A stretch of 63,249 bases of DNA, filler included, from Octopus bimaculoides (lineage: Eukaryota), in assembly GCF_001194135.2 (NCBI RefSeq). It is 4 parts of 3 records of this genome, joined end to end, with 100 filler letters (N's around TTAATTAATTAA, not from the genome) between each part and the next. Parts side by side here need not be neighbours in the genome. Positions count along the whole stretch, not along the records: positions 25,265 to 42,638 come from NC_068983.1; positions 42,739 to 59,061 come from NC_068983.1; 2 more parts are not named here. One strand, 5' to 3'. Of this stretch, positions 39,802 to 51,580 are shown piece by piece. Numbering within the stretch: position 1 is the stretch's first letter; every line of letters begins with the position of its first letter. Below the pieces are notes generated by a model. That model ran no database searches, was not told the origin of the DNA, and saw only the letters and a program-made list of their open reading frames with translations. The translations under genes and the position numbers were made by a program.

Positions 39802-40610
39802 AAATATTTAAGAGACTTGTTGGGTAAGACCTGAATAATGTGAGATGAGATGTAAACTATGAAAAGAAAACAGAACAGAATTGGAGTTTTACCTTATATT
39901 TCTATTTTTGGGGATTATGACCTTTTCTTCAAGACAAACAAATGATGGAAAAAAGGTCATTGGTCAGATGTGTGGGTGAGGGCTATGACATGTGCAGGCT
40001 GGTGTTGTTTTAGTAACCATTCTGCTTCTTGTAGCTCTTTTCTGTTGTTTATAGGTGGTCTCAGTTTGTTGATAAGGAGGGCCTTCATTATTCTAAGATT
40101 GTCTCTATTGCACTGAGTGGCCTTGATGGGTACTGTGAAAACCTGGATTTGGCACTTCTGATGATGTTTTTTGATTGAAGTGTCTGTCTGTATATGTTCC
40201 TTGATGCAAGCATGCAGTTTCCTAGTGGTGCTCCCAGTATAGGATGCTCACAGACATTTAAGTAAAAAAAAACACCTACAGAAGTGCAGAGGCAGGATTT
40301 TATGGTATCCATCAGGACAAATCAACACAATAGAGACAATCTCAGAATCCTGGAGGCTCACCTTATCAACAAACTGAGACCAGCTATAACAGAAAAGAGC
40401 AACATAAAGCAACACCAATCTGCACATGTTACTGTCCTCCCCAGCACATCTGAGTAACCCCTCACTCATCCACATATCCTGAAGGAGATGCCATAATCCT
40501 GAAATGGAGAAATATATGGTAAAACTCCAATTTTACATTGCTTTCTTTTTGTAGTTTACTTTATATCTTCACACATTGTTCCAGCCTTACCAAACAAGTC
40601 TCTTTAATGT
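39802..40610. mobile_element. Head-to-head pair of Penelope-like 3' ends (- 40312 to 39802; + 40327 to 40610)
   Basis: Arms share CAATAGAGACAATC..CCTTATCAACAAACTGAGACC..AACAAGTCTCTT; encode R.ILEA.LINKLRP.IN, like a GIY-YIG terminus. Confidence 0.68.
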
Positions 40611-40645
40611 AATATCACAATGCTTCACCAAAATTGCTCCATATG

Positions 40646-40699
<54 letters not shown>

Positions 40700-41756
40700 N
40701 NNNNNNNNNNNNNNNNNNNNNNNNNNNNNNNNNNNNNNNNNNNNNNNNNNNNNNNNNNNNNNNNNNNNNNNNNNNNNNNNNNNNNNNNNNNNNNNNNNNN
40801 NNNNNNNNNNNNNNNNNNNNNNNNNNNNNNNNNNNNNNNNNNNNNNNNNNNNNNNNNNNNNNNNNNNNNNNNNNNNNNNNNNNNNNNNNNNNNNNNNNNN
40901 NNNNNNNNNNNNNNNNNNNNNNNNNNNNNNNNNNNNNNNNNNNNNNNNNNNNNNNNNNNNNNNNNNNNNNNNNNNNNNNNNNNNNNNNNNNNNNNNNNNN
41001 NNNNNNNNNNNNNNNNNNNNNNNNNNNNNNNNNNNNNNNNNNNNNNNNNNNNNNNNNNNNNNNNNNNNNNNNNNNNNNNNNNNNNNNNNNNNNNNNNNNN
41101 NNNNNNNNNNNNNNNNNNNNNNNNNNNNNNNNNNNNNNNNNNNNNNNNNNNNNNNNNNNNNNNNNNNNNNNNNNNNNNNNNNNNNNNNNNNNNNNNNNNN
41201 NNNNNNNNNNNNNNNNNNNNNNNNNNNNNNNNNNNNNNNNNNNNNNNNNNNNNNNNNNNNNNNNNNNNNNNNNNNNNNNNNNNNNNNNNNNNNNNNNNNN
41301 NNNNNNNNNNNNNNNNNNNNNNNNNNNNNNNNNNNNNNNNNNNNNNNNNNNNNNNNNNNNNNNNNNNNNNNNNNNNNNNNNNNNNNNNNNNNNNNNNNNN
41401 NNNNNNNNNNNNNNNNNNNNNNNNNNNNNNNNNNNNNNNNNNNNNNNNNNNNNNNNNNNNNNNNNNNNNNNNNNNNNNNNNNNNNNNNNNNNNNNNNNNN
41501 NNNNNNNNNNNNNNNNNNNNNNNNNNNNNNNNNNNNNNNNNNNNNNNNNNNNNNNNNNNNNNNNNNNNNNNNNNNNNNNNNNNNNNNNNNNNNNNNNNNN
41601 NNNNNNNNNNNCTTCTGTTTTTGTTCTGTGTGTGCCATAAATATCGCCATCCGTTAGAGAAAAATTTGTAGTTTGGAATCAGTAGTTCTTTGACTGCTAT
41701 TTCTAAATTTTCAGTATGTTGGTGAAGCAACTCATGCTAAGCCCTATATATTTATG

Positions 41757-41786
<30 letters not shown>

Positions 41787-41792
<6 letters not shown>

Positions 41793-42089
41793 CAAATGAA
41801 TAACAACAGACAATGGATAAATATCAGTTCATTATAGCTGTTTTTACGCATTTTTAACAGATGAATGAAAAAAACCTTATTCATTTGAAGATGCATATAA
41901 TTTCAAAACAATCGTGTTCCGACAGTGTTCATGGAGTGTTCTTATATTGTTTTAAAATTATATGTATCATCTGATGAATACAGTTTTTTGCAATGATGTA
42001 ATGTACTCATTCATCTATTTAAAATATGTAAGAAACAGTTGTAATGAACTGACATTTATCCATCTTCCGTTGTTATTCATTTGCTCATA
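41787..42089. repeat. ~300-bp imperfect foldback (MITE-like)
   Basis: Outer arms AGCAAATGAATAACAAC...GATGAATGA and inner arms TATTCAT...AAAACAAT pair around a ~33-nt loop. Confidence 0.85.
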
Positions 42090-42638
42090 ATATGCCAAAG
42101 GGATTCATGACATGTTGGTCATTCTAGAGTATACCAAACGATGTATGATCAACAAAATGTGTGCTTTGGACCAGTCCCTAGGTGCTAAATATGCATAGGG
42201 GTGGTTTTCTCTGTGCACACAACCTGAATATTTTACAGGATATTTATTTGACTAAAGGTGGTGATCACAGATTAACTCAATCCTACCTGGTGCATGTCAT
42301 TCAAGTACCGGATTCTCTCAAGAATCGTTTTTATTGTGTGAATGTATATGTATATATATATATATATATATATAGGAGTGGCTATGTGGTAAGTAGCTTG
42401 CTTACCAAGGGTTCAGTCCTACTGCATGGCACCTTGGGCAAGTGTCTTCTACTATAGCCTCAGGCTGACCAAAGCCTTGTGAGTGGATTTGGTAGACGGA
42501 AACTGAAAGAAGCCCATCATATATATATATATAATTGTACCAATCTGCCAGAAGGGAAGCTAGGCGACAGGTTTATTTAGCCAGAGGGGAAGCAGATAAG
42601 AAAAGATTTGCCAATGTTCTGCGCCGTGAGGACCAAAG

Positions 42639-42738
42639 NNNNNNNNNNNNNNNNNNNNNNNNNNNNNNNNNNNNNNNNNNNNTTAATTAATTAANNNNNN
42701 NNNNNNNNNNNNNNNNNNNNNNNNNNNNNNNNNNNNNN
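42639..42738. other. Artificial scaffold-joining spacer N44-TTAATTAATTAA-N44
   Basis: Linker at 42683-42694, 44 N each side; gene content differs on the two sides. Confidence 0.95.
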
Positions 42739-43297
42739 AGTCGCTTTTGTTGGAACTCGGAAGTTCTGTTTATTAGTGTCGCTTTGAAGGTGTCGTACGA
42801 CACAGAACCATGTGATGTGGTGCCATAATGAGATCGCGGACGACGTTCATGATCTCTGGTGATAGAGAACCGATTACATGCGACAGTCGAGACGCATCGC
42901 TCAGTACTCGGTGAGAAGAAAACTGAGCTTCTATGTGGTGAAACCATAATGCAGGGTCGTGCGTCCAGAATGGGGGAATTCTCCACATAATCGCCGCTTG
43001 AAATGTCATGTCGGTAGGTGATGTATTCGCCGCTGGATTCGGAAATGGGAGAGCCATTGTGTTCGTAGGAATTCTCAGTTGTTTTGTTGACAGATGATGT
43101 GCAGGCTGTTATTCTTCGCTTGAAGCTGGTTCCATGGAAGGCCGGAATTCTTTGACGGGGTCACCAAAATGTGGTATGTTTTTGTTTAGTGTCGGTGCGA
43201 TAGGCATGTGTTTGCCTGTGAAATGACAAAACGATAACTGGTTTAACTATAACATTTTTTTATTTGCTGTTGTTAATAAATAATATTTGCCACTACA
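42739..43297 (-). mobile_element. Gypsy 5' end: LTR (43170-43297, TG..CA), PBS (43155-43166), gag
   Basis: PBS TGGTGACCCCG is complementary to the tRNA-Trp 3' end; gag IPPFWTHDPALWFHHIEAQF; cut by the scaffold edge. Confidence 0.88.
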
Positions 43298-43867
43298 TTC
43301 AATTTTGACAACTTGCTTCGAGTTGCTAGAAAAATGATGGAACCAGGATACATCTGGAGTTGATGTAACCTAAGATTAGATATGTTCGTGTGTGTGTGTG
43401 TGTGTTCGTTCTTTCATCATGAATAGCAGGCAACAGATCTCTTTCTCATAGTAGCAGAACACTGATTTCGGTCTGCGCACGTCAGTCTCCCTGTCTGTGT
43501 CCTTTGATGTCTTGTTGACCACTCTATTTATAAGAATCGTGGCAGCTAGAAGGACATACATACTGCAGCAGAGTTTGTACCTAAGTAGGCCAGTTGCTGT
43601 CCAGTTGAATTTCGCCTGACATTTATAAGGTCGAAGGTCAAAGGGAGATTATCAATCACTTTTTGACAGGACAAAGAAAACCTGCTTTTCGCGCCTGTTG
43701 ATCGAGGTGTTTGGTCGACCGAGAATTCTTAGATTCGGTTTTGAATCTAGGCTTGGAGAAGAAAGTGTTAATTTTTACAGCTTTTTTCTTTTTTTCATGA
43801 ACTCCATGCAAATTACTCTTGATGATTTTTTTCAGTTATTGAAAACATCTTAAAATTTTTGTTGCAG

Positions 43868-43985
43868 AAAGCGGATTTTGGCAGAAAATGGCTTTCCTCA
43901 GATCGAGCACTATCTGTATGAAGAGCATGATATGATCCAGCGAGCTGCAACAGAGTGCATATGCAATATGGTCATGAGTGAAGAT
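43868..43985 (+). CDS. unc45: UNC-45 myosin co-chaperone, UCS-domain exon (KRILAENGFPQIEHYLYEEHDMIQRAATECICNMVMSED)
   Basis: Matches the recalled UNC-45 motif IE.Y.FEEHEMIRRAATECMCNL; TTGCAG acceptor, GTATGT donor, phase 2 to 0. Confidence 0.95.
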
Positions 43986-44674
43986 GTATGTATATGCTGT
44001 GCATGTCTGTGTGCTGCTTTGGTTTTTAAAAATTATGTCTCTGACCTGTCTCATTTTTAACACTCAAACTTAACAATATCAGAATTGGATACAGATAATG
44101 ACACCTTTGGAAATGGAAGCTCCTTTTTGTATGGGTTGAAGTTACAGTTAATTGAGTTAATTCCAGTGTATTGCTTTTGAAATATGAAAAATGTTACTCT
44201 ATTGGCATTTGAACTTGAAAGATGTCATTGATATTGATTCAGTGCAACATCCTAGTTATCTAGAATTATATTGATTATACAAATTGAAAGGTACATCCTA
44301 GAGTCCTATAAGCACTAACTTCCATATGAAGATGCAACTTTTTTTCTTGTTAGCAACTGTATTAATCCTTTAGCATTTAAACTGGTCATATCCTACCCAA
44401 ATATTCTACCTGTTTTATGTTCATATTGGTCAGATCTAGTCACACATATCTACCCTACATAGTCATTCTAAAAATAAATTATCACATCACCAAAATCTCA
44501 AAGCTACAAGATAATTTATGATTAATTCAAAACAATGTGAATAAATAAGCATTATATTTGATTGAGTAATCTGAATGCTAAAAAGTTAATGTAAAATTGT
44601 TAGTCTGAGAATCAGCTTATATGTGCTTTGAACATAACTTGAGAGCAATAATGATTTATTCTATGCTGTAAAAA

Positions 44675-45510
44675 TGTGGTTTGAAGACATGTAAATAGAA
44701 TTGTTCTTACCTCGACTTGCAATCAGGTACCACCAGCATATTGATCAATTCTTCACCCATGTTCACACAACCTCTCTCTGTCCACAACTTGTGTCTGTTG
44801 TTGCTCATATCCCCAAGAAAAACCAAATGCAGGGAAAAGCTTTTCTTCTCACTTGCTGACGTGACGTCATCTCTCATTGCTTCTAGTCTTCCTTCCACCA
44901 TACACCCACCCTGATCTAAAGATCCTTGCTCCCCTATTCTGTCTTGTAATCATCCATCCACCTGAGGGGGACAACGTTCCCTTAGAGATCTCTGTAGGGT
45001 CTCAGGGCCACCTTCCCCCTCCGCTTTGTCATCGGAAGAGCCAATCACCCTTCAAATATCTAGGACGCGACGTGACATTCCATCTACTGATACATTATTC
45101 AAAGTACTGACTGCAGTTACCTTTCCTTTTTCCCACTGCTTTGTGCACCAAACATTTGGGGGTTTCACCCACACTTCATCCCCAACCTTCACAGATGTAA
45201 TTGTTTCCACTTCTCATTGCTGAGGCACTATGCTCAGTTGTCTCCATTTGTATCGGAATAGGGCGCTGTGCAGGACTGACTCTTTGGCTTGCACTACCCT
45301 GGGTGACATATTATACCAGAGGACTGACTCCATAGAGGAGATTCGTCCCCTCTCAGCCATGGCTTTAATCATACGGTGGTGCTGTTCCACAATCCCATTT
45401 CCACCTGGCCTGTATGCAGTTCTGAAAAAGTGTCTTGTGCTCCATCTTCCAAGCATCTCTCTCAGCTGCTCTGAGCATAAAACTGTGCTGTTATCCATCA
45501 ATAGCTCATC
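44675..45510 (-). mobile_element. Gypsy family 2, 3' end: integrase, PPT, LTR (44675-44902)
   Basis: DNS...TAYRPGGNGIVEQHHRMIK integrase core, RSLRER.PP..W..DY terminus, G-rich PPT, LTR TATGGT...ACCACA. Confidence 0.85.
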
Positions 45511-45719
45511 TACAGGCCTCCTTTCCCCAAAGACTACCTCTTTATTTCACACACACACACACACACACACTCACACACATACAATTTAATGTCATCCAGT
45601 TAATTTTATTTAATCAGTCCTTTATATTAGGCTGATATCAGCAGAGGCCACCAGCGATTGGACCAGGAGGTACCGCATTATATGTTGATCTCCTTTCTTT
45701 AGATCTACAATTTCATGCC

Positions 45720-45911
45720 CCGTTTCCAATGTCTCTTCCCCTATCATTACCACATTCTTCAGCTGCAGCCAAGAGAATACTTTCAGTCTTAAATAACATT
45801 AAAGTCAGGAATAGGTCTAAACTGCATACCCTGACAATCAATACCCTGCTACATTCAAAAAGTCTTCTTCATGATGTAAACTGCATGATGCAGAGCTTTG
45901 TGCTAAAATAA
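45720..45911 (+). mobile_element. hAT-type transposase C-terminal dimerisation fragment
   Basis: LSLPHSSAAAKRILSVLNNIK..NRSKL...TINTLL resembles LSLPHSNA..ERIFS. Confidence 0.62.
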
Positions 45912-45954
45912 AAGAAGGACAAGGACATTGGTACAAAGAGAAACCTCATCGTAT

Positions 45955-47000
45955 TGACAAGGGAGGGGAGGGGGAAGGCAGCCCTGAGACCCAACAGAGA
46001 TCTTGAAGAGTATGTTGTTCCCCCCAGGTGGATGGATAATTATGAGACAGAACAGGAGAGCAGTGATCTTTAGATGGGGGGTGGGGGGCGTATGGTGGAA
46101 GGAAGACTGGAAGCGATGAGAGATAACGTCATGTCAGCAAGTGAGAAAAAAAAGTTTTTCTTTGCATTTGGTTTTTTCTGGGGATGTGAGCAGTTACAGA
46201 CGCAAATTATGGACTGAAGAAGGTTGTGTGAACAATGGTGAAGAATTGATCAATCTGATGGCAGTACCTGATTGCAAGAACAATTTTATTTACATGCCTT
46301 CAAACCACAAGCTATTTTGGCATGTTGTTACTGGTTGTGAGGATACGTCCGAGAAGTAGATTTCTTAATAAATTTTGTTGTTCTTGTTCTTCATTTGTAA
46401 TGGCCACAAAAATCAGAATCGGAAATGATGTGTTGAGACCATTCATTGGGGAAGCTGATGGGGTGGCAAAGTTGCAGGGAATAAAAAATGTGGCAAGTCT
46501 TATGCTTTGACTCTCTACCTGGAGATGGATGAGGCGGACCAAGAGAAAGCGGAAAAAATTGAAGAGCGGCTGTAGGTTGCGTACACAGAGGGGACTTTTA
46601 AAGCCTACAGCAAGCTCGGGTATGTTAGATGGACTGGCAAGCAGAGAGATAATAATGTGAGCGAGAGAGTAGATGGTGAAACTGGCTTTTGTTACCAACT
46701 TCCCTGACATCTGCTGCAGATGCTGGCAGAGACCATATCTCTGTATGTCTGCAGCAAATGCCAGACATCAAAACAAGATTATTGATAAATTGCGTGTGTT
46801 GACGCAAGGCGACATTTGAGACATAGTGGCAACAGTGACGATGGTTACGAGCAGGATGAAGAGGCAGGTAGAAAACAATGACAGCAAGAGTCTGGTGAGG
46901 TCTATGTTTCAGATGTTGAGGTCTGCACATTGTCAAGGAGTGCATGGAACCAAAGCCAATGGCGGTGTGTTTCCAATGCAGTCACCCTGGGCACAAAGCA
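45955..47000 (+). mobile_element. Gypsy family 2: pol end + PPT + LTR (46091-46309) + decayed gag
   Basis: 45955-46309 is an inverted copy of 44675-45032; gag-like PFIGE..VAKLQGIK.VAS and CFQCSHPGHK knuckle; a third partial LTR at 47000-47068(-). Confidence 0.8.
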
Positions 47001-47784
47001 AAAAACTTTTCTTTTCACTCGCTGATGTGACATTATCTCTCCTCACTCCCAGTCTTGCTTCCACCATAAAAAACACAAACAAATCTCATTTATTTTCATC
47101 TTTAATATCTTTTTGGTGTCATTTAGAAATACAATCGAGCGGTGGACTCTATTCCTCCTCACTTATGTTGAATCTCATTATTAATAAATACATTTATTAT
47201 GGTCTGTTGTAGCTTACCTTACTGTTGTAAGGCTGACTAAGTCAATAATTAGACTCTTGTGATTTGAGTAATTGAGAAGACTTATATTGTCTTCTACAAG
47301 ACGATATATAGAATTTGAAACTTGACACAGCCAGTTTATATAACACTTGTTAATTGTTCACTGATTCCTCCATACAGAACTGAGCAGTATCTACCTATGG
47401 TGTTGCTTATAACTAGATGAATAAGTGATAGCCACATGTTGTTTGAAAATAGCTTAACAATGGTTAGAGAAAACATGTTTTATCTTTTGTCTAGTAGCAC
47501 AACACGTTACTAGAGCTGCATCAAATTAATGCATTTAATTGAGAAATTGGTGCAATATTCTATATCAAGTTTTATACAAAAAGGTTTACATACATACATC
47601 TGGATTTCAGAGCTTTGATCAAAAAGTTATCTAACATTTTAGTCGACTGATAGCCTTTTTTGTAAGGGTATTATGATATATCAGTGGTTTTGATGTGGAT
47701 GGCAATTACATTGAAATATGCTGCTTATATTTTAATAGTAGATCCTTTTCTGTAGCATATTTTTATTATCATATTCTTCTTCAG

Positions 47785-47931
47785 GTGGCAAAACTGTTTG
47801 AAGGAGAAAATGATAGAGTGAAATTATTGTTACTTTTCACTTCCAATGAAGATCAACCAACAGCACTTGCAGCAGCTGGAGCCCTTGCAATTTTGTCCAG
47901 CAATGTTACAATATGCCAGAAAATAGTTCAG
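47785..47931 (+). CDS. unc45: UNC-45 penultimate exon (VAKLFEGENDRVKLLLLF...AAAGALAILSS...CQKIVQ)
   Basis: NDR.KLL.L and AAAG.LA.L UCS motifs; TTCAG/GTAAGT, 147 bp, phase 0-0. Confidence 0.95.
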
Positions 47932-47968
47932 GTAAGTGATTTGTTTCCTTAATATTACTTCAGTTTGA

Positions 47969-48172
47969 AGGCGGTGAGCTGGCAGAAACATTAGCACGCC
48001 AGGTAAAATTCTTAGCAGTACATTCTGAGTTCAAATTCTGCCGAGGTCAACTTTGCTTTTCATCCTTTCGGGGTCAATGATTTAAGTACCGGTTGCGTAC
48101 TCCAGTCGATCTAATCGACTGCCCCCCCACCAAAAAAAATTTCAGGCCTTGTACCTAGAGTAGAAAAGAATA
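47969..48172 (+). mobile_element. SINE family B (tRNA head + Meta/MESC-like core), in a UNC-45 intron
   Basis: GAGTTCAAATTC B box then TTTCATCCTTTCGGGGTC..TAAGTACC core. Related copies ~6760-6900, 7170-7360, 27760-27870, 30490-30720, 31615-31810, 36130-36365(-), 51937-52155. Superfamily name is from memory. Confidence 0.8.
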
Positions 48173-48715
48173 TTACTTCAGTTTAATAAGCTATGACTCC
48201 AAGCTTGCATAATATACAATTTATAAGAAGTTCTTGACCAATTCTTATAAATTTAAAATTTATATATAATTCAAAGAAAACCAAAAATAACATTAAAACG
48301 GTATCGAAAGGAGAAAAAATATTGAAAAATTGAAATTTCAATTGTAAATTCTACCCTAGCAACTTTTATAGTACTGCCATTTATTTTGTTTTGGATCTGG
48401 TACCCTCTTTGGTTTATTTTTGTGATACTCTTAAAAATTATTGTGGAAGATCTTTTAAAATTTCATTACAGGGTGAAATACTCTAGTATATCTAAGTTGA
48501 AGACCAGAATACTGGTTAGATGGTTGTCCTTTCTCCTGTTCCAGAACAATTTCTACATTACAAATCTAACAATTTATCACCTGGATTAGTTCCTAGAAAC
48601 AAATATATCTTCAGTTGATATTTTTACTGTACTCCTTCAGTAACTTTTACATAGTTGTTAATACCGTATTTTTCACTTAATTATTTTTCTGGATTCTACT
48701 TTTTAACTTTTGCAG

Positions 48716-48991
48716 GTGAAAAACTGGATCGATCATTTGTTGGCATTGGCAGTGAATGAAGATATTCAACTACAGCACCGTGGTATTTATATTATTACCA
48801 ATATGATTAGAGCAGAGAAAGATATAGCAGCAAATATAATTGAAAGTAAAATTTTAGAAGTTCTAATGGCTGTATCCAAGTTTGAAGACTCTGAAAAAGC
48901 CATGATTCGTGAATGTGCTGAGGCTGCTTTACTGAAAGCTGCAGAATATGAACTAATAAAACCAGCACAAGAAAATGGTGAAGGGAGTTAG
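48716..48991 (+). CDS. unc45: UNC-45 terminal coding exon (VKNWIDHLLAL...LQHRG...AAEYELIKPAQENGEGS*)
   Basis: LQHRG and KA.EY.LI.P C-terminal motifs; TGCAG acceptor, TAG stop; first downstream AATAAA at 49597-49602. Confidence 0.95.
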   Translation: MKNWIDHLLALAVNEDIQLQHRGIYIITNMIRAEKDIAANIIESKILEVLMAVSKFEDSEKAMIRECAEAALLKAAEYELIKPAQENGEGS

Positions 48992-49048
48992 TTGTTCAGT
49001 GTTACCTGAATATTATTTATTCTCAACAAATTACCAGAGTGTCCTCAG

Positions 49049-49363
49049 TTATTAGCAAAGGCAGAGGTATTGTTTTCAGTTGTGTTTGTTTGTTTGTCTG
49101 TGGACAAGATATCTCAAGAACTTCTTGATGGATTCGGATGAAACTTTCAGGGATGTTTGGTCTTGTGACTGGCATGAAATGATTAGATTTTGGGATCGAT
49201 CTGGTACCAGACAAGGATTCTGGATTATTTTTCCTTTTTTTTTTACTTAAGAGTGGTTGGGTTCATTTTTAATATTCTCGTTTGTGAGGGCAGTTGAGTT
49301 CATTTCAGATATTCACATTTTAAAAATCATCTTGGCGGAGGTTTGCACTCTCTGAGTGCTCTT
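49049..49363 (+). mobile_element. Helentron/HINE-like non-autonomous element just 3' of the UNC-45 stop
   Basis: 5' GGCAGAGGT, (TTTG)n microsatellite, 3' GGCGGAGGT, terminal hairpin GCACTC-TCT-GAGTGC (49345-49359), T-rich flanks. Confidence 0.65.
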
Positions 49364-51011
49364 AAATTTTTTTGTTTGTTTTGATATTAGAAATAATGCA
49401 GTTCAGGTGTTCTTAATGTATATGTTTCAAACCAATAGAGTAAACAGACAAGTTTAGACAGTTATTGAATAATTATGATTCCAATGGAGTCAACTAAGAG
49501 TGAACAGAATGGTGTAGTTACAGTATAGTTACTATGGAATGTGTTTCCTCTGTTCTGTTCTGATTTCCTTTCATTCTGTTTATGGGTATGATATTAAATA
49601 AAAGTAAATATCTTACAAGATGTGTCTGTGATGTCATTTTAATTTCTGGTAGATCCAATTTGTTTCAACTCATATTGGTCAAGCCCATTAAAAATGTATA
49701 AATGTCACTACATAGTTTCAACTCCTTTAAATTTTTTATTTCTATTTTAGTGACTATTGGGGAGATTAATAAATTATTTGTTTTACTTATTTGTAAATAT
49801 TTTTATTATTCACTTTTCTCTCGCTGTCTTTTTCTCTTGCTCTTTGCCTCTCCCGTCAACTAACCACATGATGCATTTGGCCTTAGTGCATTATATTACT
49901 CCTCGCTTCTTTCTTCTATACTCACATTTCTCCCTTTCTCTTTCTCTCACCTTTATTCCACCTCACCTCCCCCTCTCTAACAAGCTGATTTAAATTTTGT
50001 TTAAATATCACCATAGGAAATGTGTTATTCAATTGGGTATACAACTAAATTTTACTATTGAAGAATTGTGCACATCATTGGATTGTCAGTTAAGCTTAAG
50101 TGTACATAAAGACAGGTGTACCATAAAGTTAAAATAGAACAAAATACTGGAATTTATCTTTCAAGAAAATTAGAAAATTAAATACATATTCCAACTAAAT
50201 GAAATAAACACAAAAACACATCCAATAATGACTCATAATACAAATTAATCAAAATTTGTCACTCACCTTACAGGTAATTTAAAAATACAGGTAAATATAA
50301 AATAAAACAAGGTAAATTTTTTTAAATATTTATAAACTCATGTGGAAAGGGTAGACCCAGGAAGATATGGGATGAAGTGGTAAGAAAGGATCTACAGCTG
50401 TTGGGACTCACAGAGGGGATGACAAGGGGCTGAAACTCCTGGTGGTTTGCCGTGCATGAAAAGGCATATCAAGCTGAGTGAAAGTGTGGTTGTTCTTGCA
50501 TCTTTCTCCAGCTGAGCATTCCTAATTTTGCAGGCTCATAGGTGCTGGTGCCATGTAAAAAGCACCTGTACTAGTGTCACGTAAATGCATCTGCACTGGT
50601 ACTGTGTAAAAGCACCCAGCACACTCTGTAAAGTGGTTGGTTTTAGGAAGAACACCTAGCTATAGAAACCATGCCAAAACGGACATGGAGTCTGGACAGC
50701 TCCTGTCAAACTGTCCAACCCATGCCAACATGGAAAATGGGACATTAATTGATGATGATGGTGATGACACACACACATACACAAGAGTATTCATATGGAA
50801 TCTTGTAAAGCACCCCATTCTACATAATGCAACTTTGCAAAATGTACATTGGAAAGATGTTTCAATTGACCAACCAGTGGGAGCTTTCCTTTTTTGTTGC
50901 TCTTGACACTGCTTTTTGCAACCATCAAAATTATGGAGTTCAGCTGAATTCAAGGAGATATCCCTCTGGCAGGCTTTAACTTATAACAATAAGATATTTA
51001 TGTATGAGTAT

Positions 51012-51580
51012 CATCATCATCATCGTTTAACGTCCACTTTCCATGCTAGCATGGGTTGGACAATTTGACTGAGAACTGGTGAAACCGGATGGCAACACCG
51101 GCCTCCAATCTGATTTGGCAGAGTTTCTACAGCTGGATGCCCTTCCTAACGCCAACCACTCAGAGAGTGTAGCGGGTGCTTTTACGTGTCACCAGCACAA
51201 AGGCCAGTCAGGTGGTACTGGCAACGGCCATGTTCAAAATGGTGTATTTTATGTGCCACCCACANNNNNNNNNNNNNNNNNNNNNNNNNNNNNNNNNNNN
51301 NNNNNNNNNNNNNNNNNNNNNNCTGGCAACGAGCTCGCTCGAAAATCCTTACACATGTCACGGGCAGAAGTGCCAGAAATGCGACGCTGGGCACAGGTGC
51401 TATCCTGATTTCGTTATCCACTTGCCCCAATAAGTCTTCACAAGCTGAGTTTCGTGTCCAATGAAGGAGACGACATTGGCACGGGTGCCAGTCGTCGAAT
51501 TTAGTTCGATTTCACTTGCCTCAACAAGTCTTCGCAAGCGGAGTTTAGTGTCCAATGTAGGAAAGGTACGCATGAGTGGG
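51012..51580 (-). mobile_element. RTE 3'-UTR-only copy with the ~95-bp subrepeat present twice
   Basis: Colinear with 58150-58660. Confidence 0.88.

Noticed and set aside
43628-43647. Nuclear-receptor DR1-like AGGTCG-A-AGGTCA
   Set aside because: A single short motif in probable TE-derived intron sequence; expected by chance.
38392-43985. Joining exons a-d to UNC-45 as one gene or a novel fusion
   Set aside because: An artificial spacer lies between them; exon d ends in phase 1 but the UNC-45 exon starts in phase 2; a-d show no TPR/ARM/UCS similarity.
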